DNA of 22,556 bases from Candidatus Hadarchaeota archaeon (GCA_964452145.1 CAYVLA010000048.1:1-22556); one strand, 5' to 3'; shown: positions 8,615-17,483, numbered from the stretch's first letter. Notes: a model not told the origin generated them from the letters alone. Numbers and translations are program-made.

Positions 8615-9259
8615 TTGGATTCTGACACTATCTCGAAGGCCGTGCCTCCCGAGAACGGCGTGATCCTGTTCAACGGCAGGGACCTTGACAATTGGCGCAC
8701 CCGTAAGGGCGAACCCGCCGGCTGGCAGGTCGCCGATGGTGCCATGACGGTTGTCAAGGGGACGGGGGATATCGTTTCCGACAGGAAGTTCACCGACTTC
8801 TATCTCCATCTGGAATGGATGGAGCCCGACATGCCCTGGGCAAGCGGACAGGGGAAAGGCAACAGCGGCGTGTATCTTCAGGGCAGATACGAGATCCAGG
8901 TTCTCGACTCCCACGGCATAAGCCCACCGGGCAGGGGGGACTGCGGGGCTATCTACGATCAGTTCGCCCCGCTCACCAATGCCTGCAAGCCCCCCCTGCA
9001 GTGGCAGAGCTACGATGTCGTCTTCCGAGCTGCGCGCACGGATGAATCAGGGAAGGTGAAGGAGCGCGCCAGGCTGACCGTCTTCCAGAACGGCATCGTG
9101 ATCCACAACAACGTCGAGGTTCTCGGCCCAACGGGCGGGGCTATGGACGACAAGGTTGGCGAACCGGGACCCCTTTTGCTCCAGGATCACGGCAACCCGG
9201 TCAAGTACCGCAACGTGTGGGTAGTGCCGCTTCCGCTCAAGGGCGCGGACAAGTACTGA
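8615..9259 (+). CDS. DUF1080 / 3-keto-disaccharide hydrolase-family protein
   Basis: LFNGRDL-x2-W, DFYLHLEW, GNSGVY, YEIQVLD, GAIY, WQSYDV, LQDHG-x-PVKYRNVW. TTG start after GAGGAGG; TTTTTATG at 8572-8579. Confidence 0.9.
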   Translation: MDSDTISKAVPPENGVILFNGRDLDNWRTRKGEPAGWQVADGAMTVVKGTGDIVSDRKFTDFYLHLEWMEPDMPWASGQGKGNSGVYLQGRYEIQVLDSHGISPPGRGDCGAIYDQFAPLTNACKPPLQWQSYDVVFRAARTDESGKVKERARLTVFQNGIVIHNNVEVLGPTGGAMDDKVGEPGPLLLQDHGNPVKYRNVWVVPLPLKGADKY

Positions 9260-9450
9260 CGCCGATCCCTTGAGGTCGGAATGCATCTCTCCGTTCGGCC
9301 CAACCTCTGATCGGGACCCGCGCACGGACGAACCACCTTGTCAACCATTAACCAGCCCCGTGGGCAACGCCATCATCCTCCTCGGCCTCTCCAGGGGCAT
9401 GGCGAGATCGAGGTGGGCCAACGCACCAGGATGCCCCAGGAAAGAGGGAT

Positions 9451-10236
9451 TTGACAGACCGTTCCAATCCCGCTGAAGTTCATCCAGCAGGCCGGGAGGC
9501 CTTACAGCGACAGCTCCGAAGGCAGTCCCTCTGGCTTAAGGATTCACTTCAATGGCTGCTGAGAACAAAGGTTCTTCCCGAATATGTGAGGACCGGGGCA
9601 CAGCCCAGGGCCCTGGACGTGGGTTGTGGCCCCGGTTACACTATGCGGCTCTTCCGCCATGACTTGGTGGTTAGCGGCGTTGACATCGACCCGGACATGG
9701 TGAGGGTATGTCGGAGCAGTGGGCTTGTGGCGGAGGTTGCGTCGGCCTACAACCTCCCGTTCGATGATGGGTCCTTCGACGTGGTATACTGCACGTTCCT
9801 TATGCTCTGGCTGGATGATCCTGTCAAGGCGATCCGCGAGATGGCCCGGGTCTCCAGAGCCCACGTTCTGTACCTAGCGGAGCCCGACCTTGGCTCAAGG
9901 ATCGACCATCCTCAGGAGCTGGCTGGCCTCAGAGCGCATCTGATCAAAGGTATGCGATCCAGGGGCGGCGACCCGCTCATAGGCAGGAAGTTGCGAGAGC
10001 TCCTACTGCGGGGAGGCCTTCGCGTCGAAATCGGGGCGCACGGCGGTGTGTGGAGCTTGGAGCGTCTGGGACAGGAATTTGAGGACGAGTGGCGATATGT
10101 AGAGGAAATCACGGCGGATCCGTCTGAAGAGGATCTAGAGGGCCTCAGAAAGGCATGGCGCACGGCCCTGGATGAAGGGACGCTTTTCCAGTACAGCCCC
10201 ATCTTCTATGCCCTCGGCCGCAAGCCAGCTCGGTAG
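9451..10236 (+). CDS. Class I SAM-dependent methyltransferase
   Basis: Motif I ALDVGCGPG, GVDID, LPFDDGSFDVV, EMARV, AEPD. Confidence 0.9.
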   Translation: MTDRSNPAEVHPAGREALQRQLRRQSLWLKDSLQWLLRTKVLPEYVRTGAQPRALDVGCGPGYTMRLFRHDLVVSGVDIDPDMVRVCRSSGLVAEVASAYNLPFDDGSFDVVYCTFLMLWLDDPVKAIREMARVSRAHVLYLAEPDLGSRIDHPQELAGLRAHLIKGMRSRGGDPLIGRKLRELLLRGGLRVEIGAHGGVWSLERLGQEFEDEWRYVEEITADPSEEDLEGLRKAWRTALDEGTLFQYSPIFYALGRKPAR

Positions 10237-10274
10237 CCACGATGTGTCGAACATCCCTGGACGGGCGGTCTGTC

Positions 10275-11612
10275 TTACATCGAGGAGTGGCTATCCAAAC
10301 AGAGATAGTCCTCATGCGTGTGGGCAAGGGGGCATCCACCGCCGCAGACGTCCCGCAGCCCGCAATCCCCGCACTTGTCAGGAAGGTATTCCCTTTTCCG
10401 GATTCTCCTGCAGAGCTCATGGTTCCAGATCCTATGCCAGGGATCCCTGAGGATGTTGCCCAGCGGCTGGTAGTAACTCTGGCACGGAAGCACGGTGCCG
10501 TCGGGTTCGATGGCCATGTTGAGCGAGCAGGCCGTGCACTGCTTGATGCCCAGCCCGTGGTTGACCGGGTTGAACTCGCAGTAGGGCGTCGGGGTGTACC
10601 AGACAAGGTTCACGCCCTCCTCTTGGGCCATCGCCACAAGCTTGACAAGAAGGGATTTCAGCTCCTCGTGGGTGATCCCGTGGGCCTGCCGGCCCTTGCC
10701 AGACCGTATGAGGCCATTGAAGGCCAGGTTCCTCACTTTCAGCCCGACAAGGAATCTGAAGGTGTCCTCCACGTCCTCGGCATTCTCCCTCATGATCGTC
10801 GTGTTGGTGGACAGATACACATCTTCCCCGACGGTGACCTTGATCCCTTCAACGGTTTCCTGCCACGAGCCCTCGCTATGCGTCAAGGAGTCATGGATGC
10901 TTGCCCTGTGGGAAAGCAGCGTGATCTGAACGTGGTCCAGCCCCGCCTTTATGAGGTCCCTCAGGTATCCATCCTGGCCCAGTCTGCGGCCGTTAGTGAT
11001 CAGGCCGGTGATCTGCCCGTGCTCCTCAGACCTGAGGATCAGATCGCGCAGATGGGGAGAGAGCGTCGGTTCGCCCCCGGTGAAGACGATGTGCGGCACG
11101 CCAGCTTCCCGCACCCTGTCCACGACTGCGAGCCAGACTTCCAGGGGAAGCTCCTGGGCCCGCCTTTCCTCGTTGTAGCAGTGGATGCAATCGTTCTGAC
11201 AGCGATACGTCAGGGCGAGGTCCATTCTGTACGGCGACGGAAGACCGTCCGATCCGATGGAGGCCGTATCAGAGGGGACCTGCTTGATGATGTCCAGCCT
11301 GCCCGCCATGAACCCAAGGATCTGCTCCTTCACGCGTCCGTAGTGATCCAGGGCGATCTGCGTCTCAAGACGCCTGTACCTGGATCGCATGTACGCAACG
11401 ATCTCGCTCTCGTCCCAGCCCTCCAGGAGGGCTCGCACGTAGTCTATGGCGGTGCCGTTGAGGAAGATCATCTTGGACGCATCGATCAGGAGCACGCCCT
11501 TCCGCTGGTTGTCGACCCGAAGGTGGAACCGGTGGTGGGCTAGATCTCCCCTGCCATCGTACCTGTGGGTGCCAGGCGAAAGCCCCTTCAAGCGCCGGCC
11601 GATCTTCATCAT
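10275..11612 (-). CDS. Radical SAM/SPASM protein with N-terminal PqqD/RRE-like domain
   Basis: CQNDCIHC (CxxxCxxC), FTGGEP, ITNG; SPASM region CTAC...IEPDGTVLPC...GNI...C-x2-C-x5-C-x3-C-x10-C. The real start is ATG 11612 (or 11609), overlapping the upstream TGA; the ORF track extension to 11945 lies inside the upstream gene. Confidence 0.9.
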   Translation of the reverse strand: MMKIGRRLKGLSPGTHRYDGRGDLAHHRFHLRVDNQRKGVLLIDASKMIFLNGTAIDYVRALLEGWDESEIVAYMRSRYRRLETQIALDHYGRVKEQILGFMAGRLDIIKQVPSDTASIGSDGLPSPYRMDLALTYRCQNDCIHCYNEERRAQELPLEVWLAVVDRVREAGVPHIVFTGGEPTLSPHLRDLILRSEEHGQITGLITNGRRLGQDGYLRDLIKAGLDHVQITLLSHRASIHDSLTHSEGSWQETVEGIKVTVGEDVYLSTNTTIMRENAEDVEDTFRFLVGLKVRNLAFNGLIRSGKGRQAHGITHEELKSLLVKLVAMAQEEGVNLVWYTPTPYCEFNPVNHGLGIKQCTACSLNMAIEPDGTVLPCQSYYQPLGNILRDPWHRIWNHELCRRIRKREYLPDKCGDCGLRDVCGGGCPLAHTHEDYLCLDSHSSM

Positions 11613-13255
11613 CTCCCCCCTCCGGCGCAGGCACAGGCGCACGCGCAAGCACAGGCACAGGCACATCCCCCGCCTCCGGAACCCATCCCGGAGTAATGGC
11701 GCCTTGCTCCGGTTTGGGTCGCCTGGGGAGGCGGGATGGGGTTGGTCACCTTCACGACATCGGTCGTCAATCCCCTCATGCTGGTAACCATGTTTCTGCT
11801 GGCATTCCTCACCCTGGATACGTAGTTCTGAGACATGGCCCTGGCATCCACACGGGGTGCAGGGCTTCCGCGGGGAACGGGTCGCCAAATCGGAATGAAG
11901 ACCGTCTGCATGCGGGAACGGTAGCCCCTGTCCAGCATCATCCACTCGTTGTTCTCCTCAAGCCCTTTCCCGAACTCCTCCGGGGTGTTCGCCGCCTTGA
12001 CCTGGTCCCAGGCCTTCTCGCAGACCGCCTTGTAGTATGTCTTCGTATCCTCGTACGAGAAGCCTTGCAGCTTCTTCTTGACGTTCTGGATGAGGTCGAT
12101 CAGGGCTTCCCTGAGCCGGGGCACTTCGAGTTTCTCATCCGTTCCAATGGCCGAGAGGTATCGGGTCTCATAGTCGTGGTCTCCGGCCTCGTCCAGCTTC
12201 CTCAAGGTCATCGGTCTTGCGTCGGACGCTATCTCGACCTTGCCCTTTTTTACGAGGCCGAAGAGGATCATGGTCGCCACAACGCTTAGGGGACGCTCCA
12301 AGGCGACCGCAGCTTCGACGGCTGTGAGATCCCGCCGCGGACCCGCACCCTTGACGGAGAGGTCGGGCTCAAAGTAATCGGCCATCCTGTTTCGGTACCC
12401 GCGGTAGACGGCGTATCCCACCGCCGTGATCATGAGAGCGATGATGAATATGGGGAGAAGGAGGAAGAGGAGCTCTGCGGATTCGCTGAAGAAATCGCCC
12501 AGTCTGTCTCCCAAGCCCCGTTTGTAGTACACGTCGACAAAGGCCTTTGGCAGTCCACTTCCGACATCGTAGACGCCCTGCTTCTGATCCCTCGGATCTA
12601 CATCCTGAAACGTCCAAGTCGCTACTGCTGTCTGGGATGCCTCGTCGTAGTCCAGCGAGTCCCAGGGACGATCCTGAAGCCACACGGCCCCCGTGCCGTT
12701 GAACCCCTGCGGGAACAAGATCTGGGCTCTCAGCTCCTCGGTGTTCCCACGCTGATACTCGGGGTCGGAGAAGGAGGGAGTGAATCTGATGCCGACGGTG
12801 CCGGCCACCAGCTTGTTCTCGTAGACCATGTGCGGGTTATTGACGTGAAATCGGACTTCGAACACGGTGCCAGGGGTAGAGATCGCCTGTTGAAGATCGT
12901 AGGGGAACTCCACCGCCAAGCCGATCGGTACGTAGGGCGATTTGTGGATCTGGGTCGGCTGGTATTCCACAGCGCCCACGGTAATGGAGGCGGTTGCCGA
13001 GGAGGCGTCATAGTGGCGATTCGGCAGGCCAATATCGATTCCGTCCAGGTAACCGTAGTTCGTGATCTGGAAGTAGTAGTCGATGTCGATGCTTCCGTCC
13101 CTCAGGATTCGGATATCCACGTACTCCTTGTTCATCGCGAAGTCGTAGCTCCCCTTTCCCCATGCTCCATCGGTTAGGGTGACGAATGCCGAAAGCGCGA
13201 TGAAGACGGCGAGCATTCCCGCCACCGGGCGCGAACCTTCAGCATCTTGGGTCAT
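11609..13255 (-). CDS. Single-pass membrane protein (DUF2207-like architecture) with C-terminal GGGG(CA)7GGGR tail
   Basis: 548 aa from ATG 13255: signal peptide (MLAVFIALSAFVTLTDGAWG), beta-rich ectodomain (DIRILRDGSIDIDYYF), TM LLFLLLPIFIIALMITAVGYAVY followed by RGYRNR, DUF2207-like LTAVEAAVAL...ILFGLVKKGKVEI, then a Pro/Gly linker and the Cys-Ala tail. Confidence 0.85.
   Translation of the reverse strand: MTQDAEGSRPVAGMLAVFIALSAFVTLTDGAWGKGSYDFAMNKEYVDIRILRDGSIDIDYYFQITNYGYLDGIDIGLPNRHYDASSATASITVGAVEYQPTQIHKSPYVPIGLAVEFPYDLQQAISTPGTVFEVRFHVNNPHMVYENKLVAGTVGIRFTPSFSDPEYQRGNTEELRAQILFPQGFNGTGAVWLQDRPWDSLDYDEASQTAVATWTFQDVDPRDQKQGVYDVGSGLPKAFVDVYYKRGLGDRLGDFFSESAELLFLLLPIFIIALMITAVGYAVYRGYRNRMADYFEPDLSVKGAGPRRDLTAVEAAVALERPLSVVATMILFGLVKKGKVEIASDARPMTLRKLDEAGDHDYETRYLSAIGTDEKLEVPRLREALIDLIQNVKKKLQGFSYEDTKTYYKAVCEKAWDQVKAANTPEEFGKGLEENNEWMMLDRGYRSRMQTVFIPIWRPVPRGSPAPRVDARAMSQNYVSRVRNASRNMVTSMRGLTTDVVKVTNPIPPPQATQTGARRHYSGMGSGGGGCACACACACACACAGGGR
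11624..11665 (-). repeat. (Cys-Ala)7 coding repeat
   Basis: Minus strand reads TGT GCC TGT GCC TGT GCT TGC GCG TGC GCC TGT GCC TGC GCC. Confidence 0.95.
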
Positions 13256-13269
13256 GGCAGCGGGCTGCC

Positions 13270-13635
13270 CTACCACTTGGGCTCCTCCTCCAGGGCGTAG
13301 ACGGTGGCGCAGTAGGGGCACTTGACCGTCAGCCCTCCGGAGACCACCTTGACGTCCTTCTGCTCTAGGCCCGCGCCGCAGGATCGGCACTTGATCTTCA
13401 TCTCCTTCAGCTCGCCCGATCCCCCCATGGTTACGTGGAACTCTTGGTGGATCGGCCTCTGCGCCTCCGTTCTGTTCATGAGGTGAACATAGCCAAGTAA
13501 GGCCAAGGCCACCAGCAACATGGCACCTCCCGTCAGGTAGTTAGCAGCCTGGCCGCCCGCGATCAGGAAGACAGATCCCAGCAGCAGCAGGCACAATGAG
13601 ATGAACACTATGAGAATCTTGAATGCGCTGTTCAA
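13270..13635 (-). CDS. Small two-TM membrane protein with C-terminal Zn ribbon
   Basis: Two hydrophobic helices, then CRSC-x18-CPYC and a terminal YALEEEPKW. TTG 13635 follows SD AAGGAG. Ends 14 bp before the next gene. Confidence 0.8.
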   Translation of the reverse strand: MNSAFKILIVFISLCLLLLGSVFLIAGGQAANYLTGGAMLLVALALLGYVHLMNRTEAQRPIHQEFHVTMGGSGELKEMKIKCRSCGAGLEQKDVKVVSGGLTVKCPYCATVYALEEEPKW

Positions 13636-14007
13636 GGTCGCGCTCCTTGGGCCCGTGGAGCCCCATGGGCTGAAAAAGGTTGTTGGCATCGGCAGCATCG
13701 GCCGAGGCCGTGTCCAACTCGGCTTCGCGTCACCGGGTTAGCTGCATCCTGCCCCATGAGACGCGGAGAGGGAGAAGAACAGGGTTCCGGAGAGCGCTTC
13801 CCCAGTATGCGTTCGAACATGGGCCTGCTCAAGAAGCATGGTCGCCCGCCTCCCCGTCATCACCGAGATCCCCGGATCGATCCCTTGAGGCAGTTTCCGG
13901 CGAACCAGTCATCCGGGTTGGCATCAGAGTCCGCGACGGTAATACTTTTCACCTTCCTGTCTGGCGAGGCGTCTCAGCGAAAGGAGCCGACGGATGGGCG
14001 AACCGAC

Positions 14008-14796
14008 ATGAAGGTCGTGACACGCACTGACAAGCTGTGCAAACGATACGGCAAGGGCGGCGAGATAAGGGCTGTCGACGAGCTTGACCTTGAGGTCTAC
14101 GAGGGGGAGACCTTCGGCCTTCTGGGACCAAACGGAGCAGGGAAGACGACCACGGTTCGTCTGCTGAACTGCATCATAAAGCCCACCAGCGGCACCGCGG
14201 TCGTGAACGGGCACGACATTCTTGCGGAGCCGGACAAGGTCAAGAGAGCAACCGGCCTTCTGGCCGAGTCTCCCGGGCTCTACGAGAAACTGAGCGCAAG
14301 AGAGTTCCTAGAATTCATGGGTGCCCTCTACGATGTCCCGGGGGACATCCTCTCGGAGAGGATCGAGGATCTACTGAAGCTCTTCGGCCTCAGCGACAGG
14401 AAGGACCATCTGCTCGAGGGCTACAGCCGGGGGATGAAGCAGAAAGTCCTCATCGCGGCCGCCCTCATCCACGATCCCCCGATCCTGTTCCTCGACGAGC
14501 CGACCTCGACCCTTGACCCGCGTGCCGCCCTGATGGTGAAGGACTTGGTCAAGGAGCTGGCAGAAACGGCCGGGAAGACCATCTTCATCTGCAGCCACAT
14601 CCTACCTGTGGTAAGCGAGCTTTGCGACCGAATCGCCGTCATGAGCCAGGGGCGGCTGATTGCCCAAGGAACTGTGGAGGAGATCATGAACCAGACGGGG
14701 AAGACCACCTTGGAGGAAGCCTTCATAGACCTGACCGGAGGCGTGGAGGAACGGGAGCTTCTCGCATGGAGGGAGCAGAGGGGTGCAAACGGCTGA
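14008..14796 (+). CDS. ABC transporter ATP-binding protein (DrrA/NatA-like exporter type)
   Basis: Walker A GPNGAGKTT, signature YSRGMKQK, Walker B ILFLDEP, switch CSH, terminal LEEAFIDLT. Start placed at ATG 14008. Confidence 0.92.
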   Translation: MKVVTRTDKLCKRYGKGGEIRAVDELDLEVYEGETFGLLGPNGAGKTTTVRLLNCIIKPTSGTAVVNGHDILAEPDKVKRATGLLAESPGLYEKLSAREFLEFMGALYDVPGDILSERIEDLLKLFGLSDRKDHLLEGYSRGMKQKVLIAAALIHDPPILFLDEPTSTLDPRAALMVKDLVKELAETAGKTIFICSHILPVVSELCDRIAVMSQGRLIAQGTVEEIMNQTGKTTLEEAFIDLTGGVEERELLAWREQRGANG

Positions 14797-14869
14797 GCCG
14801 CACGCCGCTTCTGGGAACCGGTACCTGCTCCATGCCAGCGGCGTCAGGAGAATCAGGAGAGTCGCGCGC

Positions 14870-16108
14870 GTGATCTCCCCGGTGAGCCGATTATGGATCG
14901 TGACGGCCATCGTTGCGTTGTTGCTCCTGCCGCAGACCAATGCGGCGGGCAGGATTAGGAGCCTGATCGTGGGGATGGTCAACGGCCGATCGGCCGTGGA
15001 GGAGTACTTCTCGGAGGAGCCCGCCATCCAGTTCACCTCCGTTCCTTGCCGCTACGGCGTCGTGCCGGGAGATATGGCCCAGCAGATGAAGTACATTAGA
15101 CAGTACTATCCTCGCACCCTTGACGAGATGAGGACCTACGATTTCATCATGCTCCATTCCCCCGAGTACTACCTACTCACCGTCGATCAGGATCGATGGA
15201 TCCATGACAGGATCGCGGAGGGAGCTGGCGGGTGGAGCGATGGCAGCGTCTTCAGCATCGTCAGCCAGATTCATGATTCCTGGGCCATCTCCACGGCTCA
15301 GCGGGCCTTCCCCAATGACGCACCGGCCGTGGTGGCACGTGGCGGGGGCGGAGAGAGCCCGGTCGATGCCCTCAGAGTCGTGATAAACCGCAACTTCCCA
15401 GACCCCGTTCTGACAATCTTCCTTCCCTACCGCGTTGAGAACTACCCGGGCTACACGTCAAGGTACATCATTCCGAGGCAGAGCGCGGGCATCATGGCCT
15501 ACCAGGTGGGGAACTTCCCGGGACACGGCCAGGTGCCGTTCCTGGTGGCGTGGGACTATGAGAAGGGACGGACGATCACCTGCGGCGGCTTCATCTATCC
15601 TAACGGATGGTACGGCCACGAGAATCCGTATGGAGCGGACATTGTCATGAACATGGTGTTCTACGCCACAGACAGGAAGCTGATCGAGGATGTCGATGTG
15701 TTCCATGCTCTGAAGGGCAGTTTCCGCCAGTTCGGGAATCGGAGAAGCTATCTGATGTCCCTTGCTGATTTCGTGGACAGGCTCGGCGGAAACACTCTGA
15801 GGATTCAGAAGATGGTCCTTGAGCTGGACGGGATGCGTAGCGGTGCGAACGAGAAGTACCTAGACGGAGATTTCGGGGGCTGTCAGGAGGTCTTGGCCCG
15901 GGCCTTCGAAGAGTTTGTTCGGGCCGAGGCAGTGGCCAAGGAGGTCAAGGATGCTGCGATGCGGTGGGTGTATCTGGTTGAATGGATGGCCACGACCTCG
16001 GTCCTGTTCATCTCTGGATTCACCGTGTGGACTCTGATGGTGAGGAGGAGACTCTACCGCGCGGTGAGGACGACCAAGCTGGTGGCCGATTCGCCGGGGG
16101 AAGGGTAG
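14870..16108 (+). CDS. Membrane-anchored GATase1-like protein, paralogue 1
   Basis: GTG 14870 after AGGAGA, signal peptide, GRIRSLIVG, RQYYPRT, WDYEKGR, helical stalk, C-terminal TM with WTLMVRRRLY. Confidence 0.75.
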   Translation: MISPVSRLWIVTAIVALLLLPQTNAAGRIRSLIVGMVNGRSAVEEYFSEEPAIQFTSVPCRYGVVPGDMAQQMKYIRQYYPRTLDEMRTYDFIMLHSPEYYLLTVDQDRWIHDRIAEGAGGWSDGSVFSIVSQIHDSWAISTAQRAFPNDAPAVVARGGGGESPVDALRVVINRNFPDPVLTIFLPYRVENYPGYTSRYIIPRQSAGIMAYQVGNFPGHGQVPFLVAWDYEKGRTITCGGFIYPNGWYGHENPYGADIVMNMVFYATDRKLIEDVDVFHALKGSFRQFGNRRSYLMSLADFVDRLGGNTLRIQKMVLELDGMRSGANEKYLDGDFGGCQEVLARAFEEFVRAEAVAKEVKDAAMRWVYLVEWMATTSVLFISGFTVWTLMVRRRLYRAVRTTKLVADSPGEG

Positions 16109-16250
16109 CGCCTCTTGGGATTGGAGCAGCAGGAACGTTCGCTGCCACTCATGCCCAGGTGGTACCATTCATGACCCTGACCGGGCTCGGGAGACTGGGC
16201 TAGAGCCGGCACGAAGGATGGTCCCAAATGGGCAAGTTTCGAGCAGCGGT

Positions 16251-17483
16251 TCAGATTCGCTTGAGAAGGCGAACCGTGGGCACCTCGGCGTAGAGCTTCC
16301 TTCTGATCATGAGTCCCCAGAGCAGGGCCCCGCATAGCATCGCCGTTCCCGCCACGACGAACCATTCGATAACGTAGTACCATGCCAGCGCCTCGTTTTT
16401 GGCCGAGATCGCCAGGGCGGAGGCTTGATCCAGTTTCAGAAGCCCATCATCGATGGCGGCTATCGCTTGATCGTACAGCCCTGACGCGTACAGAGGCAGG
16501 ACCTCGGATCTCAGCGCGAAGGCATCTCGAAGCTTCTTCTCGGCCCTGTCAATCCTGGCCCCGAACCTGTCGGCGAATTCCAGTACCGATACAGTGTACC
16601 GGCTCAGCGCATCGAATCTCTGGAAGCGTCTTCTCACCGCCTGCGCGATGCCCAGGTCATCCGGAATGGGAACCCGGGCCGGATAGTAGATCATCCTCGC
16701 CATGATGGCGGCGGCATGAGGCCATCTGTAGTACTCCACTGCGCCGTTGCCTCCCCAGTCAAACAGCCAGGCCAGGGCCCTTCCCTTCCCGTATTCCCAG
16801 CATACAAGACACGGGCTTCCTTCCGGGTGTCGGTCCATTACCGCGACCACCGTTGAGCCCGGTTTGGCGTCAACCCTGTTGTGAGAGAAGAACCTAACCT
16901 GGTTCCACGATATTCCCTTCAACAGGGGGTGGTCTGGGGCCATGGGCCTGAGGGTGTAGAGAAGCCAGGTACCCCAATCCTTCCTATCGGTGTGGCAGTT
17001 CACCGGAAGCAGGGCACCGATCTGGGTTTCGCCCCAGTTCGGGTTGGGATAGGAACCGAACTCCACACCTCCGAACGAGGCCGGGTCGTCGGCCATCAAG
17101 AATCCCTGCCCATGATCCTCCACCCCGACAACTACCCACTGGAGGAATCTTGCAGGAAGGGTGTCCGCCTGCACCGCCGTAATCACGATGACATCGTATC
17201 CGGTCCAGAGGCCTGTCGCTGTCCTCGGCAGGTACTGCCTGATGGCACGTTTCAGGTCCTCCGGCCTGCTCAAGGTGGACTCCGCCAATACCGGGGTGAC
17301 CGCGATCAAGGGGTCCTGGATCATGAGGGGTTGGGCCTCACCTGCCTCCATGTAGGTGTCGCCGATGAAGAGCACTCGAATTCGTCCGCTGGATGGATCG
17401 ATGCGCATCTCATCCCCGCACCAACACGGAGAGGTGAGGACTGCCACGGCAACAAGAATGCGGGTAGAGAGGGCCCTCAACAT
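16251..17483 (-). CDS. Membrane-anchored GATase1-like (DUF1355-type) protein, paralogue 2
   Basis: ATG 17483, signal peptide, GRIRVLFIGD, RQYLPRT, GFLMADDPASFGG, WGETQIGALLPV, HPLLKGI, WEYGKGR, C-terminal TM with WGLMIRRKLY. Confidence 0.8.
   Translation of the reverse strand: MLRALSTRILVAVAVLTSPCWCGDEMRIDPSSGRIRVLFIGDTYMEAGEAQPLMIQDPLIAVTPVLAESTLSRPEDLKRAIRQYLPRTATGLWTGYDVIVITAVQADTLPARFLQWVVVGVEDHGQGFLMADDPASFGGVEFGSYPNPNWGETQIGALLPVNCHTDRKDWGTWLLYTLRPMAPDHPLLKGISWNQVRFFSHNRVDAKPGSTVVAVMDRHPEGSPCLVCWEYGKGRALAWLFDWGGNGAVEYYRWPHAAAIMARMIYYPARVPIPDDLGIAQAVRRRFQRFDALSRYTVSVLEFADRFGARIDRAEKKLRDAFALRSEVLPLYASGLYDQAIAAIDDGLLKLDQASALAISAKNEALAWYYVIEWFVVAGTAMLCGALLWGLMIRRKLYAEVPTVRLLKRI

Noticed and set aside
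10242..11543. 433-aa plus-strand ORF
   Set aside because: Antisense shadow of the radical SAM gene with no recognisable motifs; such ORFs are common at high GC.
11613..11945. N-terminal extension of the rSAM in the ORF track, including MCLCLCLRVRLCL
   Set aside because: Alternative-frame read of the upstream gene's tail; ATG 11612 overlapping the upstream stop is the better start.
13756..14007. 84-aa N-terminal extension of the ABC ATPase
   Set aside because: Covers the divergent promoter region and has no protein-like features.
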